DNA of 64,000 nucleotides from Piedraia hortae CBS 480.64 (Eukaryota), in assembly GCA_010093745.1 (NCBI GenBank), contig MU006002.1:62001-126000 (forward strand), in the 5' to 3' direction. Within the stretch, counting starts at the first letter, position 1. Each line of letters opens with the position of its first letter. This document shows, one piece after another, positions 58,374-64,000 of the stretch. The notes under the pieces are model-generated. The model worked only from the letters and a program-made list of their open reading frames with translations, was not told the origin of the DNA and did not search any database. Position numbers and translations under genes: made by a program.

Positions 58374-61300
58374 TTATTGACCAAAAACCTCCCCCTCAAT
58401 CTTCGCCAAAATCGACGCATCAATCTCACACGTCGGCGATATTGGCGCGAGTTTCTCCAGAAAGCGTATCGTTCTGCGGAGGAGGGAATGATATGTATTC
58501 TTATCGATTAGGTGGTTTGTTGTTGGAGAGAAATAGGTCGCGGAGAGGACGACTAGGTTGCCGAATTGTCTGTCTACCAGTTAGTATGGGGTTGAGGGTG
58601 GGGTGACAGCGTGAAGTGTCCCCTCCGGTGGGGTTTGGGTTAGGTAGGGGTGACAAGTGTCACATCCTCCTTGAAGAAAGATTGGGATGAAGAGGCTGAT
58701 TATGAAGACGATGGGGAGTGTTAATGATAGGGAGGATGAATGATGAGTGGGATGAATGACAGGGGATGAAAGGCAGTGAGGATGAACGACAGGGTTGGGG
58801 GNNNNNNNNNNNNNNNNNNNNNNNNNNNNNNNNNNNNNNNNNNNNNNNNNNNNNNNNNNNNNNNNNNGGGGAGGGGGAGTGTGAACAACTTACGCATGCG
58901 CCGTCCCATGAATATTCGTCACAACGAGTCGTCCTGGAATTCCATCAAACGCGAGTGTACTCTTCACTGCCGCAGCAATACACCTCTCACACGCCTGCCA
59001 TATGTTCCTCTCCTCCATCGTTGAAATTGCCTCAAAGAGATGCACATCCGCGGCAGCTCTAGGCCTTCCCCTCCCATCCTTCGCAATCTCTTTAATCGAC
59101 TCCCCCTTTCCCAACCGTGGCATGATATGCAGTGCATAATCCAGGAATGGACGGTTCACGATGAATCTCGCGCCGTAGTACTTCCCCCTTAGACGTGCAT
59201 CGAGGATATTGGACGGGGGCTCGTCATCGTCGTTCCATGACAGTTCGGGCGGGAGACCCGCCCTCCATGCGTTGAGGATCTCCCCGTGCCCCTTGAGGAT
59301 AGCGCAGACTTGTTCAACCGTATGGTCGAGACAGTCGTGTCCGTACAGGTCACGGTGTACGACATTTAACCTCCTCCGGAGGAAGAGTTGTGCGTTGTAG
59401 TAGATCAGTGTTTGTTCGTCCTCGGGGTTTATGGGAGGGGGAACTTTTTCAGACTCCTCGTCTGACGACGCTTCGTCGAGACGGATTCCCTTCGGAACGA
59501 GCAAGATGCCCTCCATTTTGGGGATGTCGCTGGAGGGTAACGGCAGCTCGGCTAAGATGTCTGTTTCGAGTTGGAGACAGGTCCACGAGGCGAGAACGAT
59601 GAGGTTCGCGTGCTTGTCTTTGATTCGCGCGTGGCTGTCGCGGAGTTGTTCCTTGACGTCGCCGGATGCCATCCAGCCTTCTTCGTTGTACAGTTTGTGT
59701 CGGCGGAGGAGCATGGTTAGGGCCCGCCCGGCCATGGAGTACCAGCTCATACTTTCTTTGAGGCGCGCCAGTTGGCCTTTGTAGAGCCCTGCCAACAGGA
59801 ACATTTGGGCGTGCACGAGGTCGTTGCCATCGGCTTGGTCGCCCAAAATCTCGGTTGCTTTGAGGTAGTAGGCCATGCCAGGGATGCTTTCGATGTCGAC
59901 GGGTGTGGAGTCGTGCATCGAGTCGATGGAGTGGCCGTAACTGCGCGAGCGGCGGGATAGAGCTACGTCGACGGGGGAGTCGGGGGTTGCTGTCAACGAC
60001 ATGGGAGATGCTTTGATTGCGTGCATCCCCGATGGACTCGCTGTGATGGGCCGTCCTGCAACCGTGATTGCACCGTTGGCCTTATTTCTAGGTAGACACC
60101 CCGGCAGGCGCTGCCGATGAGCGCAGATCTTCCCCAACGCAAGCACCAGATAGACTACGGCATTTCCAGGCGACCTCTCCCCGGGGTACTTTCGTCGTGA
60201 ATTGGATGCATCTGCCGACCCCGATCTCTGCCGCTTCAACGGAGGTGGTGCATCGTGGTGTCTCTTTGTCGTTTGACCTGAGCAATTCCTCTCAATGAAC
60301 CGATCAAACGCCTTTCGCAGCCTAGATCGATCGAGGAACGGATGCATTGGGTGGATATAATGCATATAGTTGTCGTACAGCTCGTTCACAGTCGACTTAT
60401 CCAGGTCCAGGGCGCCATTTGCTTGAAGTCCGGACATTCCCGCCTGGCCGCCAATCTCTATGCCATCGTAACCCTCCAATATTGATCCCTCCAGACACAG
60501 CCGTATGGCGCCCTTCTCCTCAGCGTCCATGACATAATTCTCATCGTAGCGCACATCAGCCGCAACAAGCAACGGATGGAAGCTGGGCCACAGGGACAGC
60601 AAGTTATGTGCGCCCGTTCGATGTGAGCCTTTTCGCTGCTTCTTGCTCATCTTCACCACCGCCTGCTGTTCCGCCGCCGGCCTCATCTGCTCCAGCCTTC
60701 GAAGCCTCGAGTCCATCTCATCCAACTTCTTGCTGAGCATCGTCAGTCCGGCTGAGTGCGCCTCCATATACGACATCAGCTTCTCCATGTTCTTGTCTGT
60801 TTTAGCCGGCGGAGTGTCGCGATACTGGCAGATGAGGTTGCTTTCCTTGCAAAACGAACACGGCGAGCCCTCGTCGCACTTTTGCTTCCGCGACCGACAT
60901 TGTTCGCACGCCTGCGTTGCGCGCATCTGCCGTCGCCGGTGCTGCACGAACCCCGAGCCGGCCATGGCATGCTGGTAGTTTTGTTGCGGGTAGATGGGCT
61001 GCGAGGGTGGAAGCGGCACATAGTGCGAAGGCCCCCCCTCGAGACCCGGCGACGCGAAGGGCGTATGTTCTGGATGCGCCGGGCGCTGGCTTACAGTCGA
61101 TGACGGCGGCGCGGGCGGCGGCGGTGGCGGCGGCGGCGGGAGGCTGGTGGGCGCACCGTGGCTTGGATAGCCTTGTTCGGTCGCACGAGACACCTGGCCC
61201 TCGATCAGATGGTGCAGATGATGCTGCTGCTGCTCGGCGCCAAATGATCGAGCAAACGCCGGCAACGACGGCTCGCCCTGCTGAGCCTGGCTGTATTGGA

Positions 61301-61481
61301 ACTGCGGCGCTTCCTGTTCATGGGCTTCAAACATTTGCGGGTGTCGAAAGGGCGGCAGGCTCTCGGCGGCTGGAGGGACATATGGCTGCTGAAGAGGAGG
61401 CAGTTCTTTGCCGGCAAACACCGGTGGCTGCGCTTGGAAGGTAGTAGGACGGTATTGCGATGACTGTTTTCTGGAGTCCAT
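58374..61481 (-). CDS. Zn(II)2Cys6 transcription factor
   Basis: ACEQCRSRKQKCDEGSPCSFCKESNLIC cluster, fungal TF middle region (IHPMHPFLD), TNIHGTAHA|QFGNLVVL joined across intron 58893-58570; last exon ends with TAA at 58374. Confidence 0.92.
58802..58867. other. Assembly gap (66 N) flanked by G runs inside the transcription-factor intron
   Basis: Direct reading. Confidence 0.99.
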
Positions 61482-62457
61482 GGCCAGACGACTTCATGTC
61501 GATCCACCGCCGGAAAATCGGGAAAATCGATACGAGAATAAAAAAATGCCTCAGCTGGCCGGCAGCATGGTGGTCCAAAAGAGAGTTGCAGTCCTCACCT
61601 CCAACAGAAAAGCCTCAAAAAGTGTCGAGGTCCACATGTCCAGCGCACAGGCCGAATGCAAGCCGTCTCTCGCCATCTGCCGCAGGCGACCAGGGTAAGG
61701 GTCGATCTTGAGCCAAACTGCTCTGCACCGCCACGTTGTCCGGCCCGAGCCTTTGTTTTGCACGACATTCATCTGTCGGTCATTAGCTGCTGACTCGAGA
61801 GATGCACAACATCTTCTTTTGCTGATGCAGCGCCACCGTCGTGGCACCTATAGCTTTCTCCAGACCAATCCCTGCTAAGGCTAGCTTCTCTTCCCAGGTG
61901 GAGTGGAGAAACGCCATGTGTCGCCCGTCCGTCGGCCAAGACAAGGTTGACGCCGCCTCTAATCCTCTTCGACTCCTCCCCGGCCCAACTGGTAACATCT
62001 TGATTTCCTTCCCCGGTATTGCTTCGTCATTTCGTCATTTAAAACGTTCCGTCGCGGCAGCAATTACCATCATATATGATGCCCACCTGGCTGTTCGGCC
62101 GTGTCCCTGCTTCTGGAGTCTGCCCACCCCGGACTTGATGTGAACGGCGTCAACGGTTGGCTCCATGCATCTGCGGCACTTCATCAGTAGCCCCCCGACT
62201 TGACGGCACCTGCCGTTCAATCCATGTTGCATGCTCTTCTTTAGTCTCCCTGCCTAAAGCCACCACATGACGACCTTTTTTTTCCCTTCTCCCTTTTTGT
62301 GAAACAACGGTCCTGCATGTACATGACTCTATTCAGACTTTGTGCAACAAATCCCATGTCGCTTCCTTCATCAACGAAGGTGCCACAGCCTAATTGTCAG
62401 CACTGCACGACAATGATAAAGCAAAACACTATTTGATTTTAGTCACTCCAGAAAAAC

Positions 62458-63827
62458 TCACTCCGCAAACGCACACTTCCCCAAATTCCTCTTCTTTGCC
62501 AGTCCATCCGGCGAGATGTCAAACTCAAAGATATCCATCGGCACCCCAATCGTGGTGCACACGTTCGGCACATCCACAATCCCCGCTATATGTCCCTGGA
62601 TCGGCGCACACGATAGTAGAAGATAGATCTGGTAGTCATTGTACCCTACAACCGTTAGTCCTCCCATTCTCTGGAAACCATCCAACCCACCAAATCGTCG
62701 CAAATACTCCACAACCCTCAAACAAGTCTGTCTATACGCAACCGTAGCATCGAGATGATGCTGCTTCCCGTTCTCATCGACCGAGAAACCTTCAAAATAG
62801 ATATACCTCCCCGGTCCAAACTGCGGCTCGACCGGACCAGGGATATAAATCGGAGACTTCATGTCTAGATTCTTCATCCCGTCCTTCATGACGGAGAATT
62901 TTATGGTGATGCATCCCGCCATTTCGATCGCCCCACAGAAGGAAATCTCTCCGTCGCCCTGGCTGAAATGAAGATCGCCAACGGAGAATTTTGCCCCGGC
63001 GACGTGGACGGGTAGATAGACTTTGGAGCCCCGGGAGAGATTCTTGATGTCGCAGTTGCCGCCATGTTCGGGCCTGCCGGGGATTGTGCGTGCTCCTTCG
63101 TTGGAGACTTTGGTTTTGGTGGAGGGGTCTGCGGTGCCAGCGTGGGTGTTTTGGGGGCAAGGGGGTTGGGCGACTACGCGGTTCGAGTGAGTGTGTTCGG
63201 AGATTAGTTTTCCCTCACGTTCGTTCCAGGTGTTAAGGATTTCGGGGGATGGAGCACAGCCGAGGATTCCGGGATGGATGAGGCCAGGGAAACGAACGCC
63301 GGGGATGTGACGGGATGAGCAGTATATGCCTTCAAAGTCCCAGATGGCTTTTGCGGCTTTGGGGTAAAATTCATCGAGGAAGCCCCCGCCGTTTTCTTTG
63401 GCAAAGATGTCGCAGTAGCCCCATGGTGAATCTTCGAGGGGTTGGATGTCGACGATGTCGACGACTAATACGTCGCCTGGTTCGGCTGTTTCGATTTCAA
63501 AGGGGCCAGTGAGATAGTGGATCTTGGTTAGATCAACGTCTCGAATGTCGTTTGCGGAGTCGTTGTTCTTGATCTGCCCACCGGTCCAGTCGATGCACTC
63601 GATCTTGACCGACTCTCCGTTCTTTATGGTGCCGTAGCATGGAACTGCCAACGTCAGTCTGCCTATATAACCGTCTCAGAACCCACTGTCGGGATGCCAG
63701 CGATTCTAAACTCTGACGTCAACTAGGGACGGTACGATATGATAATACTCACATGCAAATAGGGCAGTGTAGCTGCATCTTTTGTCAAGTCGACCTTGGC
63801 TGCATATCTTATTCCTTTCTCCGGCAT
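62458..63827 (-). CDS. fmdS: Formamidase (FmdA/AmdA family)
   Basis: LHNRWHPDIP, IECIDWTGGQI, EHGGNCDIKNL and GDLHFSQGDGEISFCGAIEM; introns 63752-63706, 63686-63645 and 62690-62646; ATG at 63827. Confidence 0.93.
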
Positions 63828-63907
63828 GTCGACAATTGTTGGGAAAGGGGGAGCAGAGAATCCTCCAGTTATACCTACATGCGGGGAAACTCGTGCATGG
63901 AACGGCT

Positions 63908-63990
63908 GATAAGATATATTACAATAGCTGATGCATTACCCCACACATATGCATAGCTAGGTCCCATAAAGTCGTTGAGCATGTCTTATC
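63908..63990. promoter_or_regulatory. GATA sites (candidate AreA/Nit2 elements) upstream of formamidase
   Basis: GATAAGATA at 63908-63916 and CTTATC at 63985-63990; formamidase is nitrogen-regulated through AreA in Aspergillus nidulans. Confidence 0.35.
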
Positions 63991-64000
63991 AGGCGAATTG

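Noticed and set aside
1..64000. CRISPR arrays, rRNA, prokaryotic operons or a secondary-metabolite cluster
   Set aside because: Sequence is intron-containing fungal DNA; no spaced repeat array, rRNA or PKS/NRPS backbone seen, and the P450 stands alone.

Overview
Eukaryotic, fungal (Pezizomycotina; probably a compact Dothideomycete-type genome, which is inference) window. Three dense core-gene blocks with very short introns (mostly 42-56 nt) and tiny intergenic gaps alternate with three decaying accessory islands. Core block 6.2-22.4 kb: 6-phosphogluconate dehydrogenase, RBM42-like RRM protein, dienelactone hydrolase, GINS Sld5, Lsm12-like protein, Ubp14, PYM, a four-exon QCR9 missed by the ORF track, and Ubr1. 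Core block 32.3-38.2 kb: MIT-domain protein and cytochrome P450. Core block 49.1-64 kb: intron-containing tRNA-Ser(GCT), PAS hybrid histidine kinase, HymA/Mo25, RED-like protein, Zn2Cys6 factor and formamidase. The accessory islands (about 1-6, 22.4-32.3 and 38.2-49.1 kb) hold five solo-LTR-like elements of three families with 5-bp TSDs, a hAT-like MITE, relics of MULE, Helitron and CACTA/Plavaka-related transposases, two paralogous F-box/LRR-like pseudogenes, a MYND pseudogene and a GH25 lysozyme broken by a 5-bp duplication. Most striking: two unrelated solo LTRs sit side by side at the same 5-bp target site (AAAGG/CAAGG/CAAGG) at the Walker A motif of a Helitron helicase. All calls are by eye; no searches were run.
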